The notes under the pieces are model-generated. The model was not told the origin of the DNA. It searched no databases and was given only the letters and a program-made list of their open reading frames with translations. From Octopus vulgaris (lineage: Eukaryota), in NCBI GenBank assembly GCA_951406725.2, contig OX597830.1, positions 66,526,001-66,590,000 of the forward strand: a stretch of 64,000 nt of DNA. The letters run 5' to 3'. Of the stretch, positions 12,023 through 26,169 are shown in pieces. The position numbers and the translations under genes are program-made. Each line of letters starts with the position of its first letter. Position 1 is the first letter of the stretch.

Positions 12023-12313
12023 ATTAAAATTTTTTAAAAATCAACAACGCAGTGTCTCTATTCTAAAATCTGCAATACACAAATGTCCTGTGTGTATGTG
12101 TGTGTGTGCATGTGTGTATGTGAGCCTGTGTGTGTGTGTTTATATATGTTTATATATATGTGAGCATGTGTGTTGTGTGTGTCAATCATTTGCATTGTAA
12201 ACGAGCAACGGAATGTCAGAAAAGCAAACTTAAAACATCTGCCATGTATGCAGTCTTTAATATGTATGAGACACTGTTGTTGTGGTCACAAAGGTTTGCT
12301 ATTGTTGCAAAGC

Positions 12314-13081
<768 letters not shown>

Positions 13082-13639
13082 CATCTTAAAATATCATTAG
13101 CCAACTCCATTATTTGCATGAAAAGCAATTTCTTATTAACATCTCTTATATCTATTTTACTTACCACCATCCCTCTGCCGAAACAAAAACCAGTGTATTC
13201 TACTAAGTCAACCAACCAATACTAACACTGTCATAAACTAAAGAGTGTAGTATTACTTACCAAACTAATAAAAAGTAGAAATGTAATTATCAATACTACC
13301 TTTAGTTATGCTGTTACTGCTGTTTAACTCAAAGCACTATCTCTCGTTGAGCAGACCTAGGTAATGACTGTTAGACATTCTGGTGGTGACTACCCATATA
13401 TAAACACACACACACATGTATACACCTATGAATGCTGAAACTTCAAAGTTCCTGTCGACCTTTCCTGTGTAAAAGTTAATAAATACATATGCTACCAAAA
13501 GTGTTAAGTAAACTTCTTAAATTTTTCTTATGTATGACTTCGCATTAGAACATTAGTAGATATATATATATATATATATATATATATCATCATCATCGTT
13601 TAACGTCCGCTTTCCATGCTAGCATGGGTTGGACGGTTC

Positions 13640-13680
<41 letters not shown>

Positions 13681-13691
<11 letters not shown>

Positions 13692-13829
13692 AGAAAAAAA
13701 CACCTTTTATCAATTCAAAATGAATAATTATTTTAATTATTTTAATTTTAACTTTTCTATTATATGTAATTTTCTAGATGGTGTAATTTAATTATTCATT
13801 TTGAATTGATAAAAAGTGATTTTTTTCTA

Positions 13830-13839
<10 letters not shown>
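13681..13839. mobile_element. short fold-back element (~50-bp inverted arms) within (TA)n
   Basis: 13681-13730 matches the reverse complement of 13789-13839; long (TA)n on both sides. Confidence 0.75.
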
Positions 13840-13911
<72 letters not shown>

Positions 13912-15381
13912 AAGAGAGAGAGAGATAAATAGATAGGCATACATACACATACACACAAACACACACACACACACACTATGTCTAAGAAAAAAGACAGGAT
14001 GGCCACTGTAGGAGCATCATTAATCAGATGTTTGCTTCATCATAGCTTGTCTCAAACAATATCAAAAACAACTAATATATTACTAATTGAAATAGTTAAA
14101 CTAGCTTTATGGACAATTTGTGACCTATGAAATCAACCAAGATATTAATCTTTATAATCAGTCAAAATAAATTTCTCAGCTCTCTAGAAAACCAATTAGT
14201 GTAGTCCCAATTAATTTCTTGTCAAGCAATTAACACTAATCAGCTAATATTAGGTTTAATAGTGTAATAAATGGACAGTTTTTGAAGTGGTATTTTTAAA
14301 GAGTAATTTAAAGAGATGTTTAATTTTATATACCACCCTCTGAAAAAATTATATGTATACAGGCATTGGCATAGCTAGGCACAGGCATAGCTATATGGTA
14401 AGAAGTTTGTTTCTCAACCACATAGTTTTGGGTTCAGTCCTGCTGCATGGCACCTTAGGTTAGAGTCTTGTGATGGACAGAAAGTGAAAGAACCCTGTCA
14501 TATATATAAGTTCGGTTCTTAACTTTTGGCTGTTGAAATGGTCTCCATAAGAAAGTTTAAGTCAAGTTAAAGATGTTTCCTGGACATCATTATTTTGTCT
14601 CATTAGATCGAGAAGCACTAAAAAATGTAATTCATTTAAATTTTGAAATCATATCTCAATTTACTTGCAAATTAAATCTATAATTTTGTAGAACAGCTGT
14701 CTGTATCTTTCGTCTCCTGTTTCAAATGCATTTTTCTTTTCTTCATTTGAGGATAAATGCCATCAACTTTAGCCCAAAATTTAGAAAATTCATGTATTTT
14801 TTTTCTTTCAAAACTTACACAATTTCATTTACTTTACGGAATACAGTAGGACATGTCAAATGTTTTGTTTTTTTCTGGAGGATGTCAAATGCTGCATTTG
14901 TGTAAATAAAAATATTTAACAAAAAATTGAATTCACATTTAACAAAAAATTGAATTCACAATTTTGTAAATTAGAATACAATGCCTGAGCATAGGTATAG
15001 CTTTCATTGTCCCATTTACTTGAATTATCAATGATGATTAGGAATAAATCAGCTGGAAGAGATGTCTTCCCGGGGCTGAAAAGTAGTAACATTGCCCTAC
15101 CGAGGACTTCCACATTGTGTTGGAAAATAGACTTTACCGTACAGTACTGTTACTACATATATCCTGCTCAGAGATTTAAAACTATATATATATATATATA
15201 TATAATAATTATTAGGGAATAAATCCAAATTTACAGGGAAAAAAAATCAGATTTAAGATTAAATCCAATTTTATAGTAAAATATTATAAAATATTATTAG
15301 AGACAAAACCACTATTTTGCAAAACAAACAAGGAAAGACTTAATCAATACATAAAATTTTAATAAATAGTCAAAAAAACCG

Positions 15382-15424
15382 CCACTACAATCGTTTCTTG
15401 TCTTGATCGACAATCTTCAGGTGG
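15382..15424 (-). ncRNA. minimal type-I hammerhead ribozyme
   Basis: Minus strand CCAC-CTGAAGA-TTGTC(GATCAA)GACAA-GAAA-CGATTG-TA-GTGG: complete core, 4-bp stem I, 5-bp stem II, near-palindromic stem III. Confidence 0.75.
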
Positions 15425-15663
15425 ACTTCAATCTAAAATATCAATATTTTAAAACACAGAGGTGTAGGTTCAAGTCCTACCTATACAGAAAACTCACTTC
15501 TTTTCTGTCGAGGGCTTGAATGCTGCAATATTAGAGTAGTTTCCATAGTCAATACACAGGGATTGCTTACAAGCTCTAAGCTTATGAAATATGATTTATT
15601 TACAGAATTGTAAAATTTGGCACCGCTTTTCAAAAATATTGCAGAAAACACACTTGATATCTT

Positions 15664-15711
<48 letters not shown>

Positions 15712-16143
15712 ATTTTGTTTTTTGTTTTTAGTTTCAGCTCTTGAGCTGTGGCCATGCTGGGGCACCGCCATTGTGGTGAAAGAGTATAGCAGGGATCATA
15801 CCCCTATATATTTATGTATTCGCTCAATAAACACACACAACGCCCGGTCTGAGAATCGAAACCGCGATCCTGCGACCGCGAGTCCGCTGCCCTAACCACT
15901 AGGCCATTGCGCCTCTACATGTATATATATATACACATATATATGTGTGTGTGTGTGTGTGCGTGTGTGTGTATGTATATATATATATATATATACTTAC
16001 ATATACACAAACAAATATGTCTATGCAAATATGTGTATCTGTCTGCCTATCAATCTATCTATCTGCTAGTCTGTCTATCTCTCATTTTCTCTCTCTTTCT
16101 TTTTCCCAACACAAACAAGCACACCTGTGTGTGTGTGTGTTTG

Positions 16144-16178
<35 letters not shown>

Positions 16179-16471
16179 AGCCCCCCCTTATATAGTGGGT
16201 TCAGATGCCATTAAGGTCAGCATTGTCTTTCATCTTTTGAGGCTTGGTGCCTTGTACAGCAATCCCTTCTTCTAGCTGTCACATCCTTCATGTTCAGCTG
16301 ACTTAATGAGGGAAGGGCTCACAACCAAATGCCTACCTAAAAGAATTCATGCTTCTCACTATGAAGTCATTCTGGGTTGATGTGACAGCTGAAGGTATAT
16401 ATATATATATAGATATTTAGATATAAATAGACACACACATACACACATACATGCACACACACACACATACA

Positions 16472-16696
16472 TATGAGGGGATGCTGAAAAGTTCTTGGCT
16501 TTAAGGGTATCATGAAAGTCCTGGCTGGGGGCCCAAACTTCTGAGTTCTTTTTACAGGGCTTAGAAGAACTGAAGGACTGCGCTGCAGTAAGTATGTGAA
16601 TGTGAGTTGGGGGAATATGTTGCATAAAATCATAATTAACTGATCCTCCTGTATTTTCTTTTACCCAAAACCAGGAACTTTTCAGTAATCCTGGAT
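16472..16696. mobile_element. Tc1/mariner-type MITE
   Basis: TATGAGGGGATGCTGAAAAGTTCTTGG ... CCAGGAACTTTTCAG inverted ends; second copy at 62958-63164. Confidence 0.7.
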
Positions 16697-16923
16697 GTTT
16701 GTGTGCATGTATGTGTGTGTGTGTGTGTGTTGTGTGTGTGTATGTATATATGCGTATATATAAGTATATATATTGGCACAAAACAAAGTAGTAAAAATAG
16801 TTCTTGACTACAAAAAAATAGAGTAAATTACAATTTTATTAAAGCTATATAAACTTCCCAAATCACTACTCAGAGTTTCATGTAAGTGTTCATTAGACAG
16901 TTGTGATAATACAGAATAATGTA

Positions 16924-16954
<31 letters not shown>

Positions 16955-17030
16955 CACACACACAAACATATATGTATGTGCATATATATATATATATGTG
17001 TGTGTGTGTGTATATATGTACGTATATATG

Positions 17031-17330
17031 TTTGTTCCTTCTCGAGCCATGCCTGGCTCATAAGGGCTGGTTTCCCGGTTTCCTTGACGTATAGGTTCCC
17101 CACCTGGACAGGACGCCGGTCCGTCGAGGTGAGCTGCAAGATGCAGGAGTAAAGAGTGAGAGAAAGTTGTGGCGAAAGAGTCAGCAGAAGTTTGCCATTA
17201 CCTTCTTTTGGAGCTGCATGGAGCTTAGGTGTTTCACTCATAAACACACACATCGCCCGGTCTGAGATTTGAACCCGTGATCCCTTGACCATGAGTCCAC
17301 TGCTCTAACCACTATGCCATGTGCCTCCAC
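17031..17330 (-). mobile_element. tRNA-derived SINE (head 2 + V-domain-like tail W)
   Basis: Minus head GTGGAGGCACATGGCATAGTGGTTAGAGCAGTGGACTC; body GACGGACCGGCGTCCTGTCCAGG resembles the V-SINE domain; related copy at 43478-43785 (+). Confidence 0.75.
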
Positions 17331-18054
17331 ATATGTATATATATTTATGCATATATATCAATGTTTATGCCTATATATGTATATATGTGTATATAAATGC
17401 ATGTATATATTTATGCATATACATGTATGTGTGTGTGTGCTTGTGTGCATGCATGCTTGCATGTATGTTTGTAAGTCTGTATGTGTGTGTGTGTGTATTA
17501 ATTATATATGCAATTAGAAGCTAAAACTCCTTGAACTGTAAACAATACGTTTCATGCTTCTGAATGTTCAAATGTTTGGAAATGCCTAGTAGTATGACAA
17601 TGTATACGCAAACATATCCGAAAACATATTTATATATGATTAGTTAGCAGTACATCAAGATTTGATTGGTTGTCAAAAATATCTTTTAGAAACTGTTGTA
17701 TTTTCATCTGTTCATTATGATGTGTAGAGATTTGTCATGTTTTCCATCGATGTCATTATGTCTTTGTGCATGGTAATGAATAGTTGAAAATGTGACATTT
17801 TCTAATAGATTTTTTTTTTTCATCCAGCTTATCAACTATTGATGTACTGTGAACTAAACATCTCTTGATGCATTTTAGAATATTTTTGCCTGTATATTGT
17901 TAGCATTCTTCAATTATTTGAATGATAAGAAACAGGAGACTGAGAGAGCTATATACATACATGCGTGGATAGCTACATACATATACACATCCATTGAGTG
18001 TTACACACACACACACATATATGTAGAGAGTTATATGGACAAATATATGCGTAC

Positions 18055-18808
18055 GTGAAGTATATTTACCACCTAAATGTGGGACGATGCTACTGTAGTT
18101 TGTAGCCCCAGGACGACATCTCCTCCAGCTGGCTAATGACACTCTGTCTGTGCCCTATCAGTATTTGCAAAGGGAAATCATTGTTCCCATCTGTAGCCTG
18201 ACATGATACACATGGACCCGGGTTTCTGGGTTTTAACCCATCATCAGCACGTGACAATCACCAGCTAAGGATGAGAAGTGATATTTCCAATGTAAATATA
18301 TATGCTTTTTCCAGTGACAATAAGTTACTGATCACAAAAAAGAGAAACAAGCAATAAAGGCGGTGCTCCAGCATGGCCGCAGTCAAATGACTGAAACAAG
18401 TAAAAAAAAAAAAAATAAATAAAATAAATCTCTGAACAAGATGTAAACAATAGCAGCACGACAACGTGAAGTATATTTATTTGCCACCTAAATGTGGCTG
18501 ACCCATATGGGATGATGCTACAGTAGTTTATAGAAATTGGAAATATCATATCCCATCCTTAGCTGATAATTGTCACTCGCTGATGACAGGTCACTACTCA
18601 GAAACCTGGGTCCGTGGGTATCACGTCAGGCTAGAGATGGGAACGATGATTTCCCTTTGCAAATAGTGATAGGGCACAGCTGGAGGAGATGTCTTCCCGG
18701 GGCTATAAACAACAGTAGCATCGTCCTGTATGGGTCAGCCACATTTAGGTGGCAAATGTACTTCATGATGTCATGCTGCTACTGTTTGTATCTTGCTCAG
18801 AGATATAT
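18055..18808. mobile_element. partially triplicated, inverted hammerhead-bearing repeat (PLE pseudo-LTR-like)
   Basis: 18055-18292 (-) and 18427-18530 (-) are reverse-complement homologues of 18536-18808 (+); related fragment at 15049-15175. Confidence 0.75.
18209..18253 (-). ncRNA. minimal type-I hammerhead ribozyme with intact core (degenerate copy at 18574-18618, plus strand)
   Basis: CACGTG-CTGATGA-TGGGT(TAAA)ACCCA-GAAA-CCCGGG-TC-CATGTG: 6-bp stem I, 5-bp stem II, palindromic stem III ACCCGGGT, GUC triplet. Confidence 0.8.
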
Positions 18809-18832
18809 TATTGCTTATATATATACATACAT

Positions 18833-18883
<51 letters not shown>

Positions 18884-19152
18884 TACATATACATACACAT
18901 ATCAATTTGACATGGGCGATTCTTTCTCGTCTTGGAATTTGCGGTCAAACAGCCGGGTGGAATTGTGTGAAAAATTACACAGATGTGTAAAATAATCCAG
19001 TGTAGAATAATCTTTTTTATTTTTTTGTTGGTCAGTTATTTTTAGCGTTTTTGACAGAAAAAAGTCATTCTTAAAATGTTTTTTAATGTAAGCATGCCTA
19101 AACAAGGCGAATGCTTACACAGAGCAGGTTTTACAGCCACATCATCCAAAGC

Positions 19153-19180
19153 AACCGGGTAAAACCGGGCTTAGCTGCTA

Positions 19181-19181
<1 letters not shown>
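19153..19181 (+). mobile_element. Helitron-like 3' terminus
   Basis: CCGG-GTAAAA-CCGG hairpin about 10 nt upstream of CTAG followed by T. Confidence 0.5.
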
Positions 19182-19238
<57 letters not shown>

Positions 19239-19694
19239 TTATACAAATATAATAAGGAAGAGAAATTGGAAGCTGAGAAAGAAGCTTTAGTGATGAGCTG
19301 AGGAAACTGTAATGAATAGTGTAGATGTGATACATATGTTTTAGGTTTACTCTTATATTTAAGAGGTGTGGTAATTTCTTTTGAGATGAGACCTCATGTT
19401 TATGAGGCTCAATATTATACTAACTGCTTTAGAATCTACCACATACTACGTACTTGCTCTTTTCCCTCCTTCCTCTCTCTGTCTTGCCCCCCCCCTCATA
19501 TTCTATATAGCTTGATACTTCTCAGCCTCCACTTGTTGTTTACTTCCAGTTCTTGTATTCCAAGTTACCAGAAATAGCAATGATTTGACACATCTTGTCC
19601 ACTACGAAGTCTTACACCTTGCTTCCTATCATATGAGATTGCATTCAAATAATTTTGTTGACTATGTCTCTAGATTGATGCATCAGCTTCAACA

Positions 19695-20400
19695 TTTCAC
19701 CCTCAGAAGAGAGGTTAGTGAAAGGAACAAACCTCCTATCTTCAGTATTGTTTTCATGCCTATCCTCACCTATGGTTATCAATGTTGAGTAATGATTAAA
19801 AGAATACAATCATAGATAAAGAGTAATGACACTCTTCAGTCATGAATGACCATGGGATTGCACCTAGAAAGTTCCCCTCTGAGGCACAAGTCCAGGCAAT
19901 ATTGTTTATGGAAGACCTGCAGTCACTCATGCATATCAGCCTCTGCTCTCCATGCAACTGATATTATCCAAAGGAAAGGCAAAGGTTGATAGAGCTTGGC
20001 ACCAGTGACGTTGCAACTCATTTCTACTGCTGAGTGAACTGGAGCAATGTGAAATAAAGTGTCTTGCTCCAGAGCACAACACACAGCCCAGTCCAGGAAT
20101 TGAACTCACAACCTCATGATTGTGAGCCCAACTCTTATGCAATTACAAATTGGGTTCCTGCAAAGGGTCTCTGGAGTAATGTTACTTCTCCACATCAGTG
20201 GAAAGAATCAGAAGATGGATTCTTCAATGTGACCCAACTAACAGGAGAGCTTTGGGTGGACTAAGAATGAGACGGTTAAATAATATCCCAGTTGGTCAGG
20301 CTTGATAATCCAGCTGGAAAGTGTAATGAGGGTTGTTTCTGACTGGACTTTAGTGGGGGGAGGTGCTTGAGGATTCTATCTCCATGACCCTTTTTTGGAA
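19695..20400 (+). pseudogene. decayed RTE (Rex3/Expander-like) 3' fragment, interrupted by a SINE at ~19827-20140
   Basis: LRREVSERNKPPIFSIVFMPILTYGYQC*VM resembles KRELSRKAKLSIY..PTLTYGHELWVM; downstream QIGFLQRVSG and GGLRMRRLNNI resemble EMSFLRRVAG and GRPRTRW. Confidence 0.6.
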
Positions 20401-20912
20401 TTTTGTTGACTTTAGACTCAGTTATTCTATTCTAAAACAGAGCTAATGCTCTGCTCATTTCACTGATATTTCTCTTAAATACTTGTCTTACACAAATTCT
20501 TAACAAATACACCAAATAGAATTATCATCTTTTTTCTTATATTCCTTCTGAACAAGATCTTATTACTTTACATTTGTGCATTAGATAAACTACATTTTCA
20601 TGAGTTGCTCTGCTCTGATCAAGCAGATTGCATCTACAGTCAAATTATCATCAGCCCTCAAACATTACAATCTTGAGCTCTAGGACTCATAGCAATGATT
20701 ACCTGGTCTCCATGTTGTGGAAATGATTGAAGTCACAACATTTTTTTCTGCATGGGATGTCAATCTGTTGCTGCATTTAGTACTGAATGAACTGGAACAA
20801 CATGAAATGAAGTGTTTTGTTCATGAACACAACACACTGCCTGATCTGGAAACCGAGACCATAGTGCCAAAATTTTAAATGGTTTTTGTTATTGTTGTTG
20901 TTTATTATTATG

Positions 20913-20944
<32 letters not shown>

Positions 20945-20951
<7 letters not shown>

Positions 20952-21322
20952 TCTGCATTAGTGAAGGCAGGGATATTGTTTTCAGTTGTATTTGTTTGTT
21001 TGTCCGTGGACAAGATATCTCAATAACCACTGGATGGATTTGGATGAAACTTTCAGGGATGTTTGGTCTGATGACTAGCATGAACTGATTAGATCTGGGA
21101 TTGATCCAGTACCGAACAAGGATTCTGGATTACTTTTCTCTTTTTTTTTTTTTTTTTTTTACTTAATTTTTGAGAGTGATCAGGTTCATTTTTAGTATTC
21201 TTATTTGCAAGAGTAGTTGAGTTTATTTCAGATATTCTCATTTCAAAAATCATCTCTGGCTAATCATTAAGAGGACATTGGTGTTGCCTTGGTGAAGGTT
21301 TGTGCTCTCTGAGTGCTCCTGA
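20945..21322 (+). mobile_element. non-autonomous Helentron / DINE-1-like element
   Basis: 5' TTACCTCTGC sub-TIR, (TTTG)n/GTCC tract, GGATGGATTTGGATGAAACTTTCAGG core, 3' CCTTGGTGAAGGT inverted sub-TIR then GCTCTCTGAGTGC hairpin. Confidence 0.6.
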
Positions 21323-21365
21323 TATTATTCTTCTTCTTCTTCTTATTATTATTATTTTGTTGTTG

Positions 21366-21414
<49 letters not shown>

Positions 21415-21916
21415 AAATCCATTGGATGTTATTAGGGCATTAGTAAATTCTTTTCAGGTCAAGTTCCATGGCTTTTTTTCTTAATTCCCAGTTTGAGTTA
21501 TTTCTCTTTCTATAAACCATTAATTCTTTTCGAAAACTATAAATGTCACAAGTTCCATTTTTTTTTTTTCTCTTCCTCCTCTTTTTCGTAAGAATCTGAA
21601 TATTTCGGCATATGCAAGAGCTAACAATTATTGTAATTTAGGGCAAAGAGAGAACGTAAGATGTTTAGAGACTAACTGCTGTCTTGACTAACAAGATATT
21701 ATCTTTCTATATGAAAGGTGAGCTGTTGGGTGCATAAATCAATTGTCATGCTGTATGGCAGTTAAATACACAATGCTAATGAATTCAGATGATGAGCAGC
21801 AACTGGAAATATAAAAGTTAGCAGTAGGAGCTGTTTGTTATTGCACTGAGAAGTTTTAATGATGGATTGAGTGGTGAAATGAAAGAGTTATAAAAGTATT
21901 GGTTAAAGCATATGAG

Positions 21917-21969
<53 letters not shown>

Positions 21970-22139
21970 TGGGACTTTTACACACATAAATGTATGATGA
22001 GACTGAATGAGGCAAACTGGGTTGGAGAAGGGAGATAAGCTGGTTCAACGGATTTGATTGGGCAGTTCGTATGAGAGTAGATAAACCACTTAGTGATGAC
22101 TGGAAAACTGAATGGAAGAAGCTAGAGAGACAGAAAGGG

Positions 22140-22800
<661 letters not shown>

Positions 22801-24623
22801 GATAACACATGGCTTTATGAACTGGCTACAGAATGACCAACCCAACAGCTTGCTAAGTTATGTGTGTGGGATGCAAGTGGGTGATGTAGGTCCATGATTG
22901 CTGCTGCCTGTAGGCATGGCGTATCAAGAAGAAGATAAAACAAAACTTAAATTGTGTCTTGACAGATGTAATAATAATGATGATGTCCAGCAGAGGAAGA
23001 TGGAGAGAGAGAGAGTTGGCTAGAAATTAAGCTAATCTATTGACAGGTTCAAACTGTGCTGGAGACATAAATCAGTTTAAAAAAGAAAAATGTGATTTTG
23101 TTAGGAAGGAAATAAGAGAGAACGGGGACTAAATACTTTAGAACATTGTGTCTTTTACTTGTTTCGGTCATTTGTCTGTGGCCTTGCTGGAGCACCACTT
23201 TGAATGATTAAATTGTACTTTTATCTCTTTTCTAAGCCTGGTACTTTAACGGACACTTTTTGCTGAACTACTAAGTTATGAGGACATAAATAAACCAGCA
23301 CTGGTTATCAAGTGGTGTTGAGTGACAAACACAAAGATACACACACACACACACACAAAGAGACACACACAGGCACACACAAAGAGACACACACAGGCAC
23401 ACACACGCAGCAGGTTTCTTTCGGTTTCTGTCAACCAAATTCACTCACAAGGCTTTGGTCGGTCCTGGGGCTACAGGTATAGAATATGACACTTGCCCAA
23501 GGTACTAAGCTGTGGGATTAAACCCAAAACTCTGTGGCTGCAAAGCAAACTTCTTACCAAATACGCTTCTGTTAGTGTTACAAACTCCCAAGTTCAAAGT
23601 ACACTTGTGTCGATCAAGATCGTTCATTGGTCTCAAATCAAAATAATACCAGTAATATACTGTAATCAATTAAATTTATTTTAACTATTGCATACTCTGT
23701 AAAATTGTGGACATGTACCATCAAAGACATTATTGGTAAAGAATGGTAAAGCGTTGAGCTAGATGCTTCCTTTCTTCTATAAAGTTTGATGGATCAATTG
23801 TTCTAATTTCAAATTCTGTTGGAATTGGTGTAATGGTTATTCACTCTTTTATTGGTTTGTTCTGGTAGAAGGGTTTGTGTGTCTATGTCCCTTGCAGACT
23901 TTCTGAGACTAGCGAGCAGATAAGATCCTCCTCTTCTTTCTCCTCCTCTGTCTACTTTTCCTACACTTCTCCTGCCTCTGTCTCTTCCTCTCCCCCTCCT
24001 CTCCCCCCCTCCTCTTTTTTTTTTGGTCTGCTTTCCTATGCTTCCATGGTTGGACAGAATTTGTTGAGGCAAATTCTTTCTTAAGTCCTGATGCCTTTCC
24101 TGTTGCCAACCCTAAACTTGATTCCAAGTGAGCCAATATTTCCCTGTGACTCGACATGCTTTTTATGGAAGATTGGGGAAAATGAATGGCTTTGCTTGGT
24201 GATATTTGATCACAACTATCATACAATGTCAAGATGGGGTGACACACACACACACGCACACACACACATTCACACACACATTCACACACACACATGCACA
24301 TGTGTTGTGCTGGAGTCACATAAAAAGCACCCAGTACACTTTGTAAAGTGGTTGTTGCTAGGAAGGACATCTAGCTGTGGCAACCATTCCAGAACAGACA
24401 GCAGTGTTTGAAGAAGCTCTCTGGCTTACCAGCTCCTATCAAACTGTCCATCCCATGCCAGCCTGGAAGACAGACGTTGAAAATAAGAATAATAAGAAGA
24501 TTGCATTGTTTATACCATTTATTCTTTTGAATAGTATCAGTGGAATTTTCAAAACATGTGTCGAAAGTAAAAATATTTGATTACACCTGCGTTAAACTCC
24601 ATTTATTTATTCATATAAATATA

Positions 24624-24713
<90 letters not shown>

Positions 24714-24850
24714 AAAGTGTATGGACACTTGTACATTCACAAAATTTATTTTATAATCTTATACAACATGGCTTTACAACCTGGCTACAGAATGACCGAC
24801 CTAGCCAAAACAATATTCTAAAGTGTATGTCTGTGTGTGTGTATATATAT

Positions 24851-25334
24851 CATCATCATCATTTAACGTCCGCTTTCCATGCTAGCATGGGTTGGATGGT
24901 TCAACTGGTGTCTGGGGAGCCCGAAGGCTGCACCAGGCCAGTCAGATCTGGCAGTGTTTCTACAGCTGGATGCCCTTCCTAACGCCAACCACTCCGAGAG
25001 TGTAGTGGGTGATTTTATGTGCCACCGACACAGGTGCCAGACGAGGCTGGCGAACGGCCACGCTCGGATGGTGTTTTTATGTGCCACCGACACAGGTGCC
25101 AGACAAGGCTGGCAGACGACCACGCTCGGATGGTGTTTTTATGTGCCACCGACACAGGTGCCAGACAAGGCTGGCAGACGACCACGCTCGGATGGTGTTT
25201 TTATGTGCCACCGACACAGGTGCCAGACAAGGCTAGCAGACGACCACGCTCGGATGGTGTTTTTTATGTGCCACCGACACAGGTGCCAGACGAGGCTGGC
25301 GAACGGCCACGCTCGGATGGTGTTTTTATGTGCC
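24851..25334 (-). mobile_element. RTE LINE 3'-end copy with five near-identical 62-bp tandem units
   Basis: (CAT)n-TTTAACGTCCGCTTTCCATGCTAGC end; unit TTTTATGTGCCACCGACACAGGTGCCAGAC..CTCGGATGGTG repeated over ~25013-25334. Confidence 0.85.
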
Positions 25335-25777
25335 AGAAATTCCAACTTTGTTTGATTTTCACAAGATAAAATAATATAATATGATGAAATGATAAAATAT
25401 TATATGTCCATTCTGACTGAACTAGTACTTTCATGCATTAAACTATGCAATCTTTAGGTTCATATAGTAGTGGTGACAGTTATGTTTTGCAATTTATAAC
25501 TGTTATATATAGATGTGCCATTTGTTTGTATAAAATAATTAAATTGAATTGAATTTATCATTTAAGGATTAAATTATATTATTGTTCAATTTATTGTTTT
25601 GGTTTCTATTTCTTATTTATATATATATATTGATAAGCTGTATGTTTATTTTATTTATTTACCTATTTGTTAAGAACTTTACTTCATAGCATTGTTATTG
25701 ATATAGGTAATAAAAACCAGTAAATTTTTCGAATATCTAATATCCTTAAGGTGGTTATTTAGCACCTAGCTAAATTG

Positions 25778-25822
<45 letters not shown>

Positions 25823-26169
25823 CCTTGTGAGTGGATTTGGTAGACAGAAACTGAAAGAAGCCCATCATATATATGTATATATATATGTATGAGTGTGTAT
25901 ATGTTTGTGTGTCTGTGTTTGTTACCCCAACATCGCTTGACAACCGATGGTGGTGTGTTTATGTCTCCGTAACTTAGCGGTTCGGCAAAAGAGACTGATA
26001 GAATAAGTACCAGGCTTCCAAAGAAAAAGTCCTGGGGGGTCGATTTGTTCGACTAAAGGCAGTGCTCCAGCATGGCCGCAGTCAAATGACTGAAAGAAAT
26101 AAAAGATTAAATATATATATACACACATATACACAGGCAGTATTGTAAGATATTCACAAGTCACTAGAG

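Noticed and set aside
16274-16390. 12-bp inverted repeat AGCTGTCACATC / GATGTGACAGCT
   Set aside because: Short, no TSD, and the interior pairs poorly; insufficient support for a MITE or structured RNA
21990-22115. C/D-box snoRNA-like ATGATGA..CTGA motifs
   Set aside because: No terminal stem and no recognisable rRNA or snRNA antisense element
24638-24712. (AAT)n directly followed by (ATT)n forming a palindrome
   Set aside because: Simple-repeat polarity switch, common in such genomes; no evidence of function
25013-25334. CRISPR-like appearance of the 62-bp array (also the 24-bp and 25-bp arrays)
   Set aside because: Contiguous tandem units without unique spacers, eukaryotic TE context, and no cas genes
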